A stretch of DNA of 64,000 nucleotides from Eubacteriales bacterium. GTDB taxonomy: Bacteria; Bacillota; Clostridia; Oscillospirales; CAG-272. The stretch covers positions 23,916 to 87,915 of the forward strand of contig JAZQUS010000102.1 of the NCBI GenBank assembly GCA_045631445.1, given 5' to 3'. Shown here one piece after another: positions 45,479-55,397 of this stretch (position 1 is the stretch's first letter; every line of letters starts with the position of its first letter). The position numbers were made by a program, and so were the translations under genes. The notes beneath the pieces are model-generated. The model had not been told where the DNA came from, did not search any database, and worked only from the letters and a program-made list of their open reading frames with translations.

Positions 45479-46765
45479 ATGCTTTCGAACGAAGTTATAA
45501 AAACCTATGAAGATATATTGATCGAAGAATTGCAGATCGCAATGGGATGCACGGAGCCAATTGCAATAGCTTATGCTGCATCTATTGTTGGAGATGCTCT
45601 TGGAAAAGCACCCCACAAAATAGTGGTTCATCTTAGTGGTAATATCATAAAAAACGTAAAAAGTGTTATTGTTCCATCAACTGGCGGTATGCACGGAATC
45701 GAAAGTGCAGTTGCCGCAGGAATTATTTCAAATAGATACGATTTGAAACTCGAGCTGTTGTCAATTTTGAACGAGTCTGATGTTGAAAGGATTGCAGACT
45801 ATAAAAATAGCACCAAGATAATTCTAAACGAGCTTGAAAGCCCCTGCAATTTTGATTTGTTAATATGCGCATATGATGCAGAAAATGAAGCGTCAGTTAG
45901 AATATCAGATTATCATACAAATGTTATTTCCGTAACTCGTAACAATACAGATTTAACCGAAAAATATCGTAACGAAAAGAACGAAATCGGAAAAAGTTTA
46001 AAAAATGCTGATAGAACATTACTAACCGTTGAAAAGATTGTTGAGTTTGCTGAAACAGTTGATTTAACACGTATAAAGCCACACATTGAGCGCCAAATCG
46101 AAATGAATATGGCAATAGCCAAAGAGGGATTAAAAAATGACTATGGTGCTACGATAGGTAAAATCCTTTACCAAAATGGAAATGCACCAATGAAGGATAA
46201 GCTTAAAGCCTTTGCGGCGGCAGGAAGCGATGCTCGAATGAGTGGTTGCGAATTACCAGTTTGTATTATTTCGGGAAGTGGAAATCAGGGAATAACAGCA
46301 TCTGTACCTGTGGTAGTTTATGCTAAAGAGCATGGAATTAATGAAGAGAAAATGCTTCGTGCAGTTCTTCTTTCTGATCTTGTAACAATTCATCAAAAAA
46401 CAGGAATCGGAACGCTTTCCGCCTATTGCGGTGCAATTAGTGCAGGAGTTGGAGCAGGAGCTGGAATTTGTTATCTCCGTGGAGGAACATATCATACTGT
46501 TGCCCACACCATTGTAAATGCTGTTGCAATTCTTTCGGGAACAATTTGTGATGGTGCGAAAGCATCCTGTGCCGCTAAAATTGCTATGGCAGTTGAAGCA
46601 GGACTTGTTGGATGCGAAATGGCAAATGCTAAAAAGCAATTCTATGGTGGTGACGGAATTGTCACTAAAGGTGTAGAGAACACTATTCGAAATATCGGAA
46701 TGCTTGCTCGAGATGGCATGAGTACAACCGATAAAGAAATAATTAAAATTATGCTTGGTAAATAA
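45479..46765 (+). CDS. UPF0597/YhaM(CyuA)-like L-cysteine desulfidase family protein (serine dehydratase alpha-like)
   Basis: N-terminal LQIAMGCTEPIAIAYAAS motif, GSGNQG and conserved Cys residues (TICDGAKASCA). 428 aa. Confidence 0.7.
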   Translation: MLSNEVIKTYEDILIEELQIAMGCTEPIAIAYAASIVGDALGKAPHKIVVHLSGNIIKNVKSVIVPSTGGMHGIESAVAAGIISNRYDLKLELLSILNESDVERIADYKNSTKIILNELESPCNFDLLICAYDAENEASVRISDYHTNVISVTRNNTDLTEKYRNEKNEIGKSLKNADRTLLTVEKIVEFAETVDLTRIKPHIERQIEMNMAIAKEGLKNDYGATIGKILYQNGNAPMKDKLKAFAAAGSDARMSGCELPVCIISGSGNQGITASVPVVVYAKEHGINEEKMLRAVLLSDLVTIHQKTGIGTLSAYCGAISAGVGAGAGICYLRGGTYHTVAHTIVNAVAILSGTICDGAKASCAAKIAMAVEAGLVGCEMANAKKQFYGGDGIVTKGVENTIRNIGMLARDGMSTTDKEIIKIMLGK

Positions 46766-46789
46766 TTGATTTACATAAAGGAGAAAACC

Positions 46790-49594
46790 ATGAAAAACTT
46801 TACTTTCACAAACAAAGTAAGATTTGACTCCTGCGGTTATGATGTTTATGAATACAATCATATAAGCGGTGCAAAGCTTATCTATATCGACTCAGGAACA
46901 GATGAAAAGTCCTTCTGTGCCGCATTTAAAACAATTCCTGATGATTCAACAGGCGTATTTCACATTCTTGAACACTCTGTTCTTGACGGTTCAAAGAATT
47001 ATCCAATGAACTCCCCCTTCTTGTTTATGCTTAAAAACTCTATGAATACATTCCTTAATGCTATGACATTCCAAGGCAAAACAATGTATCCATGTGCATC
47101 TTGTAACCCTGATGATTTTGAAAACTTGATGAAGGTATACCTTGATGCAGTTTTCAATCCAATCTTGGCAGAAGGTACGTTCCTTCGCGAAGGATGGCAT
47201 ATTGAAAAAGCGGATAACGGTTACGATATTAAGGGCGTAGTTTATAATGAAATGCAGGGAGCAGGCGCATCTATTCAACGTCAGCTTTATTCTGCGATGA
47301 AATCCGACCTCTATCCCGATACTTACCAAAGCTTTAATAGTGGCGGAGAACCATCTGTTATACCTTCGCTCACTTATGAAAATTATCTTGCAGCTTATAG
47401 AAAGTACTATAGCACCGCAAACTGCGTTCTTTTCTTGCGCGGAAACATGGACCTTGAAAGATATACGGATATCATTGATCAGTGGCTCGCAAACGCATCT
47501 CAAGAAAGAAGCGAAATTAAGCACACCGTTCAAGGTCCCAACCATAAGGTTTGTGAACACGAATATCCAATTTCTCCATCCGAGGATACAAAGGGAAAAA
47601 CCAATATTGTTTACGGCTATAGCGTAGGTATGTATAACGATGCAGAAAGACAGATGGCTGCAGAGCTTCTTTCTCTTTACCTTATGGATAATAACTCATC
47701 ACCATTGAAAAAAGCTCTTACTTCAAGCGGTCTTATGCAGGATGCAGATATATACACCGCAACAGATGACATTCAAACATCTTGGGGCTTTGCGGCATAT
47801 AATACCGAAAAAGAACACCGCGACGCAATAAAAATGGTGATTGACAATACAATTCAAGGCATTATTGATAACGGAATTGATAAAGAAATTATGCTCTCAC
47901 TTCTTTCCGCAACAAGCTTTAAGATGAAAGAGCAGAGAAATGCAGTTAGAGGTCTTTGCATAAATGATTTCATCAATATCGTAAATAATGTGTTCTACGG
48001 ATTGCCCCTTAACACATACTTCGAAATTGATGAAACCTTCGAAAAATTCGAGCGTGAGCTTGATAACGGATATTTTGAAAATCTTCTTCGTGAAATTTTC
48101 TTTGAAAATGATATAACCTCAATTTCAACTCTTGTACCCGTTCAAAGAGAATCAAACGTTGCCCATCTTGCAACCGTAGAACAATATACCGCGCATCTTT
48201 CCGATGAGGTTAAGAACGAAGCGCATCAGCGATTTGTTGAAGGCACAAAACTCGCAATGGAACGAGACACGCCCGAGGTTGTTGCCAAAATGCCCACGCT
48301 TTCACTCGATAAGCTTACAAAAGAGCTTCCCAAAAATGACTTCAAAATTAATGGCAAGGTTCTCTATACTCCCGCAGAAACGAACGGCGTAGCTTACTAT
48401 CGCTTCTATTTCTCACTTGCTGGACTTAATGCAGATGAAATTATGACCCTCGAGCTTCTTTCCCGTTCATTGAGTGATTTCGCAACTGAAAATCACACCC
48501 CCTCTGAGCTTTCAAATCTTCTCAACCGATATGCAGGCAAGTGGAATTTCTCCATAATAACTATTTCCCCCGAAATGCAGAAGGCAGATCCCTACCTTGT
48601 AGTAAGCGTTGCTTGTCTTGAAAAGAACGCAGAAAAAGCACTTGAAGTGGCAAGCGAAATCCTCACAAAAACAATTTATGATGAAGAAACTGCTAAAACA
48701 GTTCTTGCACGTGAGCTTAATAATACAAAGATGCAGTTCATGGGCAACGGTGTAGGACTTGCTCTCAACACATCCGAATCCCTCATATCTGCAAGCGGAT
48801 ATTATAGCACCTTAACGGACGGCTACCCATTGTTCAAGAAAATTCAAGAGTATAGCGGAGCCCCCGCGACTTTATGCGAAAATGCAAAATCACTTCTTTC
48901 AAAAGTGTTTGCAAATGAAAACCTCTGCTACACAGGTTTCACAGGTAATAAAGAACTTCTCGTGAACACCCTCACACTTTGTAACGGTGCCAAACTCGAA
49001 GGAGCAACGTTGACTAACCCTGAAACAAAGAGAGTGGCATACGCAATCCCCGCAGGAATTAGCTTCAATGTTCGTTCACTTGATGTAAACGAAATTCTTC
49101 CTTATAGCGGAAAGCATCTTGCTCTTTCAAACCTTCTTTCACTTGGCTACTTGTGGCATAATATCCGTGAGGTAGGCGGTGCATACGGTACAGGACTTCG
49201 CTTTGCAAGACGCGGAGCTATGAACGTTTATTCCTACCGTGACCCCAAGGTTCAGGAAACTTACGAAATTTACGATAATATTGCAAATTACCTCGCAACA
49301 AATGAATTCACCGACGGTGAAATTCTCGGTTGCATCATCAGTACGCTTGCAGATTTCGTAAATCCTAAATCCGTAGAGCAAGAGGGAATTGAAAACGAAA
49401 TGAGTTACCTCGCAGGATATACCTACGAAGAAAAAGCAAAGCACATGGAAGACGTCCTCTCGTTTAGTAGAGAAGATATCAAATCCTTCATCCCCGTATT
49501 CGAAGCATTCAAAAATTCAAACGCAGAATGCTCCGTAGGTAATGGCAATAACCAAACCGCATACGGAAAATTTGATGAAATAATTAACCTTTAA
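46790..49594 (+). CDS. M16C insulinase-family zinc metallopeptidase (PreP-like)
   Basis: Inverted zinc motif HILEHSVLDGS. ~935 aa. Start at the ATG at 46790, after an AAGGAG RBS; the ORF track begins at a TTG at 46766. Confidence 0.85.
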   Translation: MKNFTFTNKVRFDSCGYDVYEYNHISGAKLIYIDSGTDEKSFCAAFKTIPDDSTGVFHILEHSVLDGSKNYPMNSPFLFMLKNSMNTFLNAMTFQGKTMYPCASCNPDDFENLMKVYLDAVFNPILAEGTFLREGWHIEKADNGYDIKGVVYNEMQGAGASIQRQLYSAMKSDLYPDTYQSFNSGGEPSVIPSLTYENYLAAYRKYYSTANCVLFLRGNMDLERYTDIIDQWLANASQERSEIKHTVQGPNHKVCEHEYPISPSEDTKGKTNIVYGYSVGMYNDAERQMAAELLSLYLMDNNSSPLKKALTSSGLMQDADIYTATDDIQTSWGFAAYNTEKEHRDAIKMVIDNTIQGIIDNGIDKEIMLSLLSATSFKMKEQRNAVRGLCINDFINIVNNVFYGLPLNTYFEIDETFEKFERELDNGYFENLLREIFFENDITSISTLVPVQRESNVAHLATVEQYTAHLSDEVKNEAHQRFVEGTKLAMERDTPEVVAKMPTLSLDKLTKELPKNDFKINGKVLYTPAETNGVAYYRFYFSLAGLNADEIMTLELLSRSLSDFATENHTPSELSNLLNRYAGKWNFSIITISPEMQKADPYLVVSVACLEKNAEKALEVASEILTKTIYDEETAKTVLARELNNTKMQFMGNGVGLALNTSESLISASGYYSTLTDGYPLFKKIQEYSGAPATLCENAKSLLSKVFANENLCYTGFTGNKELLVNTLTLCNGAKLEGATLTNPETKRVAYAIPAGISFNVRSLDVNEILPYSGKHLALSNLLSLGYLWHNIREVGGAYGTGLRFARRGAMNVYSYRDPKVQETYEIYDNIANYLATNEFTDGEILGCIISTLADFVNPKSVEQEGIENEMSYLAGYTYEEKAKHMEDVLSFSREDIKSFIPVFEAFKNSNAECSVGNGNNQTAYGKFDEIINL

Positions 49595-49600
49595 CAACAA

Positions 49601-49630
49601 AAAAACGGCGAATTTTTCGCCGTTTTTCTT
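49601..49630. terminator. Bidirectional intrinsic terminator
   Basis: AAACGGCGAA (49603-49612), loop TTT, TTCGCCGTTT (49616-49625), flanked by an A-run and a T-run. Confidence 0.85.
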
Positions 49631-49665
49631 TGTTCACAATTTAATTAAAATTGTTCATTATTTGT

Positions 49666-50442
49666 TTACAGTTTCTTAACGAATTTATCCGCCAAATCAA
49701 CCCAAACAGAGCAGGGGTGGGGCTCGTTTTCCGTCAATTCCTTGCAGGTTTCACTCGTCGCAAGCGAAAGTCCGTGATGTCCGTCAGGAAACAAAACAAG
49801 CTCGTGCTTAACACCGTTTTTCTCCAACGCAGCCGCCAAATTCTTCGAGTTTTGAACAGGTACTGCATCATCATTTTCCGTGTGCCAAATAAACGCGGGC
49901 GGAGTGTCTGAATCCACGTGCAAATCAAGTGAAAACAAGTGTTTTTGCTCCTCACTCGGCGTTTGCGTTCCGCAGAAATTATAGAGGGACCCCATATGAG
50001 TAGGACAAGCAGCAGTAACCACAGGATAGCACAAAACCATACCGTCAGGACGAGCGTCCTTAGGCAACAAAGTACCACTAGAAAGAGCAACGTGCCCACC
50101 TGCCGAGAAGCCCATAACAAAAACCTTGTCAGCCCTTATATTATAAGGGATTGCATTATCTCGAATATGCTTAATTGCAAGCTCAATTTCGCGCAACGGA
50201 TTAAGATTTTTAGCCATTTCTGCTACTGAATATTTAAGCACGAAAACATTATATCCGCGAGCCAAAAATTGAAGTGCAATCGGCTCACTTTCGCGATCCG
50301 AGGTCCATTGATAACCACCACCGGGGCATATCAACATAGCTCTTCTCGGCTCGTTACCCATCTCCGGAGGATTATCTCTAATATACGTAATCAAATGCGC
50401 TTTTTCATCTTGCGGAAAAATATACAATTCATCAATTTTCAT
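49666..50442 (-). CDS. Alpha/beta hydrolase (esterase/lipase-type)
   Basis: Oxyanion region LICPGGGY, nucleophile elbow GFSAGGH and a C-terminal His (DGHHG). Confidence 0.75.
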   Translation of the reverse strand: MKIDELYIFPQDEKAHLITYIRDNPPEMGNEPRRAMLICPGGGYQWTSDRESEPIALQFLARGYNVFVLKYSVAEMAKNLNPLREIELAIKHIRDNAIPYNIRADKVFVMGFSAGGHVALSSGTLLPKDARPDGMVLCYPVVTAACPTHMGSLYNFCGTQTPSEEQKHLFSLDLHVDSDTPPAFIWHTENDDAVPVQNSKNLAAALEKNGVKHELVLFPDGHHGLSLATSETCKELTENEPHPCSVWVDLADKFVKKL

Positions 50443-50554
50443 AAAATCACCTCTTTAAACTCATTATATCACCTAAAAACAATTTGTCAATATCAATGCA
50501 TATTTTTCTTTTATTTACAAATAATATTTTTACCAAACGAAAAAGGAGAAAAAT

Positions 50555-51004
50555 ATGAACAACTCTAATAATATCAAGGATTCCGAGCTTCTTCAAGATA
50601 TTTATTCAAACGTAAAAATGGGTTCTGAATCCATCATTAATTTGCTTCCCAAAATCAAAGATGACAATATGAAAACATTTATGACAAGCCAACTTGATCA
50701 ATATGAAAAATATGCTCAAGCCGCAAGAAAACAGCTTATTTCTCAGGGGATCGAGCCCAAAGAAGTCAACCCAATTTCAAAGCTTGGCGCAAAAATTGGA
50801 ATGGAAATGAAATCGATGCAAGATAGCACTACAAGTCATATGGCAGAAATGATGGTTCAGGGATCTACAATGGACGTCACAGATCTTTTGCAAAAGGTAA
50901 GCGTCTACGAAAAACATCCTGAATGTAGCAATTCTGTAAAACTTGCTAAGGAAATTATAGCATTTGAAGAGAGAAATATAGAAAAAATGAAGGAGTTTTT
51001 GTAA
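50555..51004 (+). CDS. Hypothetical helical protein
   Basis: 149-aa ORF with an AAAGGAG RBS. Predicted all-helical composition. No confident family assignment. Confidence 0.4.
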   Translation: MNNSNNIKDSELLQDIYSNVKMGSESIINLLPKIKDDNMKTFMTSQLDQYEKYAQAARKQLISQGIEPKEVNPISKLGAKIGMEMKSMQDSTTSHMAEMMVQGSTMDVTDLLQKVSVYEKHPECSNSVKLAKEIIAFEERNIEKMKEFL

Positions 51005-51077
51005 AATTTATTGACATACGCTATAAAATATTATATAATAATTATATCAATATTTTAAACGAATGGAGATTTAAACA

Positions 51078-51275
51078 ATGAAAGTTACAAAAGAATCCAT
51101 TATCGGCGACGTTCTTGATTTTAATCCCGAAACAGCGCAATTTTTCTTTGAAATAGGTATGCATTGCCTTGGTTGTCCCGCTTCTCGCGGTGAAAACATC
51201 GCAGATGCTTGCGCAGTTCACGGTACAGATGCTGATAAACTTGTTGAAAAGATTAATGCTTTTCTTGGAAACTAA
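51078..51275 (+). CDS. DUF1858-domain protein (hybrid-cluster-protein-associated redox disulfide type)
   Basis: 65 aa. IGDVL...PETAQFFFEIGMHCLGCPAS...IADACAVHG matches the DUF1858/CxxC pattern. Confidence 0.7.
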   Translation: MKVTKESIIGDVLDFNPETAQFFFEIGMHCLGCPASRGENIADACAVHGTDADKLVEKINAFLGN

Positions 51276-51279
51276 TTAA

Positions 51280-51305
51280 AAGGGGCTAGAAAATAGCCCC
51301 TTTTC
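51280..51305 (+). terminator. Intrinsic terminator
   Basis: AAGGGGCTA (51280-51288), loop GAAAA, TAGCCCCTT (51294-51302), then TT. Confidence 0.75.
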
Positions 51306-51320
51306 GCTCTTGGAGATATT

Positions 51321-52004
51321 ATGGAACAAATTAAATTAAATGATAGATTATTAACTGCAATCCCTTTCGTTAGAAAAGGCAAAAAATTTGCAGATATTGG
51401 CACAGATCACGCATATTTACCAATTTATCTTGTAAATGAAGGCATTATTGCTATAGCAATTGCAGCTGATATTAATAAAGGTCCGCTTGAAAAGGCAGAT
51501 GAAAACATAAGTAAATATGGATTAAACTCTCAAATATCGACAGTTTTATGCGACGGTCTTTCAAAAATTGAGCCCAATCTTGCTGATGATATTGCAATAT
51601 TCGGCATGGGCGGAGAGCTTATTATCAAAATTGTTGACGAGGCAAATTGGCTAAAGGATTCCGATAAACGCTTGATTCTTCAGCCTATGACACATCCTGA
51701 AAAGGTTAGAGAATATCTTGCTAAAAACGGTTATAAAATCATTGGCGAGAGCCTTTCTCTTGATAGAGGCAAAATATATCAAACAATTTGCGCAGAATAT
51801 GATGGCTTTATTAGAGAATACGATGCCTTTACATATGCTTTCGGTGAATATATTTTGAAAAACAAAAATAGACTTCTTATCGAGCTTTTAAACCAATCCA
51901 AAATAAAAATCGAAAAAAAGATAAAAGGCAAACGTGAGGGCGGAGAAGATGTTTCTTATGAACTCGGTTTACTTGAAAACATTAATAATTACATAGAGAG
52001 GTAG
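51321..52004 (+). CDS. trmK: tRNA (adenine22-N1)-methyltransferase
   Basis: FADIGTDHAYLPIYLV and IAGMGGELI-type motif (IFGMGGELI). 227 aa. Followed by nif3, as in other Firmicutes. Confidence 0.8.
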   Translation: MEQIKLNDRLLTAIPFVRKGKKFADIGTDHAYLPIYLVNEGIIAIAIAADINKGPLEKADENISKYGLNSQISTVLCDGLSKIEPNLADDIAIFGMGGELIIKIVDEANWLKDSDKRLILQPMTHPEKVREYLAKNGYKIIGESLSLDRGKIYQTICAEYDGFIREYDAFTYAFGEYILKNKNRLLIELLNQSKIKIEKKIKGKREGGEDVSYELGLLENINNYIER

Positions 52005-52009
52005 TAAAA

Positions 52010-52777
52010 ATGACAGTTTACGAACTTAGTAAATATATGAATCAAAGAATTCCAAGAGAGCTTTCTTGCTCTTGGGATAATGACGGACTTATGTGCTGCC
52101 CCAACGGAAATAGGGAAGTAAAAAAAGCATTATTTTGTATGGATGTTACTCCTAAAGCTATTGACTATGCAATTGAAAACGGATATGACATTATTGTATC
52201 ACATCATCCCCTCATATTCAAAGGCATTAAGAGTGTTTCTGGAGATTTTGGAATTCCTTCAAGAATTATAAAACTTATCAAAAATGACATTTCTGTTATG
52301 TCATTTCATACTCGTTTTGACACCGTTGATGGTGGAGTTAACGATGCTCTTGCAGAGCTTTTTGAACTTTCTGACGTTAAAAAAGTACTTTGCGACGGTG
52401 TTGAAATGATGCGAATAGGCAATCTCAAAGAAGAAATAACTATCGAAGAGTTTGTTTTACTCGTTAAGGAAAAGCTTGGTTGTGAGCATCTTAATTTTGC
52501 TTCTCATACAGGCAAAGTTCATCGACTTGCCGTTCTTGGTGGAGGCGGAGGCGGAGGCATTAGAGATGCACAAAATGCCGGTGCCGATACTTATCTTTCC
52601 GGAGAAATCGGTTATCATAATCTCACTGATTGTAACGATTACCGCATCAATCTTATAGAAGCAGGACATTATTTTACTGAATATCCTGCACTCAAAAATC
52701 TTGCTAAATTTGTTCTTGAATCAAATAATACAATCAAATGCGATTTCTTTGAAACAAATATTATTAATCATATATAA
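52010..52777 (+). CDS. Nif3-like dinuclear metal centre protein (YqfO/GTP cyclohydrolase 1 type 2 homologue)
   Basis: WDNDGL, IVSHHPLIF and HTRFD motifs plus C-terminal EAGHY.TE. Confidence 0.8.
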   Translation: MTVYELSKYMNQRIPRELSCSWDNDGLMCCPNGNREVKKALFCMDVTPKAIDYAIENGYDIIVSHHPLIFKGIKSVSGDFGIPSRIIKLIKNDISVMSFHTRFDTVDGGVNDALAELFELSDVKKVLCDGVEMMRIGNLKEEITIEEFVLLVKEKLGCEHLNFASHTGKVHRLAVLGGGGGGGIRDAQNAGADTYLSGEIGYHNLTDCNDYRINLIEAGHYFTEYPALKNLAKFVLESNNTIKCDFFETNIINHI

Positions 52778-52789
52778 AAGGAGAAAACT

Positions 52790-53482
52790 ATGACCTTTGT
52801 TGCATCAAACCTTTACGGAAGAATGGATAAGTTTGAAAAGCTTATCAAAAAAATAAATCTTAAGGATAGTGATATCCTTTATATTCTCGGAAATATAGTT
52901 GATTTTGGTGAAAATTCAATAGAGCTTGTTAATGAATTAAGCGCGCAATATAACGTATATACTGTTCTTGGAGAACACGATTATAAAGCATATCTTTTGC
53001 TTTCTGAATTTGATAGAATAATTAGAGAAGGTGGCGCACCATCGCTTAATTTCTCTAAGGAAATGATTGAATGGTGTCAAAATGGTGGTCAACCAACACT
53101 TGAAGCCTTTAAGGATGCAAATGCAGATGACAAAGAAGGATTCCTTGACTATCTCTCCGACCTTCCTGTATTCGAAGAGGTGACACTCAAAAATGGTAAG
53201 GAATTCGTTTTGACTTGTCGTGGAATTGATAATTTTGATAAAAATACCGACCTTTATGACTACGAGTTAGATGACTTTATGAATGGTTATCTTGATATCG
53301 AAAAAACATATTTTGATAATAAAACAATGGTAGTTGGCTATGTTGATTACGAGCATACACCTGCAGGAAGAGCAGGAAAGGTAAATGCGAGGAATAACAA
53401 TATCGCGCTTGCTTGTGATATGAGTGAAAATGACGACGTTGTTTGCATTTGCCTTGAAACTAACGAGGAATATTATGTTTAA
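52790..53482 (+). CDS. Metallophosphoesterase-fold protein with degenerate metal-binding motifs
   Basis: Colinear with calcineurin-like phosphoesterases, but motif I reads ASNLYG (expected D.H), motif II GNIVDFG (expected GD..DRG) and motif III GEHD (expected GNH[DE]). Confidence 0.55.
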   Translation: MTFVASNLYGRMDKFEKLIKKINLKDSDILYILGNIVDFGENSIELVNELSAQYNVYTVLGEHDYKAYLLLSEFDRIIREGGAPSLNFSKEMIEWCQNGGQPTLEAFKDANADDKEGFLDYLSDLPVFEEVTLKNGKEFVLTCRGIDNFDKNTDLYDYELDDFMNGYLDIEKTYFDNKTMVVGYVDYEHTPAGRAGKVNARNNNIALACDMSENDDVVCICLETNEEYYV

Positions 53483-54860
53483 TATCAAGAAAAACGACAC
53501 AGTCGAACTACTTATTGAAGATATCAATAATCTCGGTGCAGGAGTTTCTCATCTCGAAGACGGACGTGTTATTTTTGTAAGAGGTGCAGTAACAGGTGAC
53601 AAAATTAAAGCTAAAATTATTAAAGTCAATACTAATTTTGCCGTTGCTCGACTTGAAGAAATTATAACTCCTTCTGAATTCCGTGATAATGAATGCTTTT
53701 GCAATGCAAGTGAAAGCTGTGGGGGATGTGTATATCGACATATTACCTATGAACACGAAAAAGAAATTAAGAAAAACTATGTTAAGCATGCATTCATCAA
53801 GGCGGGATTGCCCAATGTAGTTATTAATGACGTACATAGTACAAACCAAACAAAAGCATATAGAAACAAGGCACAATATCCCTTTGCAATGACAAAGCAA
53901 GGAATTGTCGCAGGATTTTATGCAAGTAAAACACATAATGTAGTGCCTGCATTTGACTGTTCACTTCAACCCAAGATTTTTGGTGAAATTTTGCGCGATG
54001 TTTGTAATTTTGCTAACCAAAACAATCTTTCTGTTTACGATGAAGAAAGCGGAAAAGGGTTGCTTCGACATCTCTATATGAGAATTGGTGAGAAAACAGG
54101 ACAAATTATGCTTTGTCTTGTTATAAACGGTGATAAATTACCTAAAGAAAATCAATTTGTTGAATTCTTTACAACGGAATATAATTGCATTGCAAGTATT
54201 CAAATTAACACTAACGAAAAAAATACAAACGTTGTACTTGGTGAAAAATACCGTGTTATTTACGGTGAAAGCTATATAGAGGATATCCTTTGCGGTGTTC
54301 GTTTTAGAATAACTCCCGAATCCTTCTATCAGGTAAATCACGATGGAGCAGAAATCCTTTACGGACTTGCTAAAGAAAAGGCTAAATCAGGATTTGATGC
54401 TAAAATTTCACTTGTTGATATGTACTGCGGAACAGGTACTATCGGTCTTTCAATGTCCGATATTGCAAAAGAGTTAGTTGGTGTTGAAATAGTTGAGGGT
54501 GCAGTTGAATGTGCCAAAATTAATGCTCAAATCAACGGATTTGAAAATGCAAAATTCTACGCTGGAGATGCGAAGGATATTGAGAGTATGTTTGCATCTG
54601 TTGAAGCGCAGCACGGAGCACTTAATCCCGACGTTGTAATCCTTGATCCACCGAGAAAGGGCTGCACCCCTGAGGTTATAGAATTCCTTTCAAAACGTGA
54701 TATAAAACGCATAGTTTACGTTTCTTGTGACCCCGACACACTTGCAAGAGATTGCAAAATGTTTTCAACTCTTGGATATACAATTGGCGAAGTCGATCCC
54801 GTTGATATGTTCCCAAGAACGGGGCATGTTGAGAATGTTTGTTTAATATCAAAGCAATAA
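53475..54860 (+). CDS. rlmD: 23S rRNA (uracil-C5)-methyltransferase, RumA/RlmD family (TRAM, 4Fe-4S Cys cluster, SAM MTase)
   Basis: TRAM domain (ELLIEDINNLGAGVSH), Cys cluster CNASESCGGCVYRH, SAM motif DMYCGTGTIG, catalytic region DPPRKG...YVSCDP. Start at the ATG at 53475, overlapping the upstream stop by 8 nt. Confidence 0.8.
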   Translation: MFNIKKNDTVELLIEDINNLGAGVSHLEDGRVIFVRGAVTGDKIKAKIIKVNTNFAVARLEEIITPSEFRDNECFCNASESCGGCVYRHITYEHEKEIKKNYVKHAFIKAGLPNVVINDVHSTNQTKAYRNKAQYPFAMTKQGIVAGFYASKTHNVVPAFDCSLQPKIFGEILRDVCNFANQNNLSVYDEESGKGLLRHLYMRIGEKTGQIMLCLVINGDKLPKENQFVEFFTTEYNCIASIQINTNEKNTNVVLGEKYRVIYGESYIEDILCGVRFRITPESFYQVNHDGAEILYGLAKEKAKSGFDAKISLVDMYCGTGTIGLSMSDIAKELVGVEIVEGAVECAKINAQINGFENAKFYAGDAKDIESMFASVEAQHGALNPDVVILDPPRKGCTPEVIEFLSKRDIKRIVYVSCDPDTLARDCKMFSTLGYTIGEVDPVDMFPRTGHVENVCLISKQ

Positions 54861-54881
54861 ATCAAATAAAAGGTGGATTGT

Positions 54882-55370
54882 ATGTACAGAATAAAACATA
54901 AAATATCTTCGGGAAACTGGCAACGTGTTATAAATTTTGATTTTGAATGCCAGGATTTTTTTACAATTACAACTGACAAGTTTATTATTCGGATTACAGG
55001 TGGAAGTATAATCATATCAGATAAGATTAATGACGCACCTATTTCACGAATCAAAGGATATAATTATTTATATACAGGAGACGTTACGCCTGATGAAAAA
55101 GACTTGTTTGCGTTGGAAAACGGTAAACATTTTTATATAGTTTCATTAGAAGATTTTAAACAAAAATTGAAGGTAACTCTTCCACGTTCTTTTGAATCAA
55201 TTGATACATATGGAAGTTATTCGAAGGACGGAAAGCATTTGTATATACCTGTACAAAAATATGTTGATAAACAACGCAAGTATTGGCTATGTGAATATGA
55301 AACAACTAGATATTCGTTGGTTTCTATGGAAGAAATCAGCAAATCCAATGTGACATTTTGGTATAGTTAA
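54882..55370 (+). CDS. Hypothetical protein
   Basis: 162-aa ORF from the ATG at 54882, 5 nt after AAGGTGG. No recognisable motif. Confidence 0.4.
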   Translation: MYRIKHKISSGNWQRVINFDFECQDFFTITTDKFIIRITGGSIIISDKINDAPISRIKGYNYLYTGDVTPDEKDLFALENGKHFYIVSLEDFKQKLKVTLPRSFESIDTYGSYSKDGKHLYIPVQKYVDKQRKYWLCEYETTRYSLVSMEEISKSNVTFWYS

Positions 55371-55397
55371 TTATGCTTTAATATTAGGATGTAAACC

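Noticed and set aside
46253-46861. 202-aa minus-strand ORF overlapping the end of the cyuA-like gene and the start of the M16 peptidase gene.
   Set aside because: It is antisense to two well-supported genes, its translation is Cys/Ser/Asn-rich nonsense-like sequence, and it has no RBS.
52539-52559. GGN-rich nucleotide repeat (ggtggaggcggaggcggaggc).
   Set aside because: It encodes the glycine stretch LGGGGGGGI within the Nif3-like protein. It is a coding low-complexity feature, not an independent repeat element.
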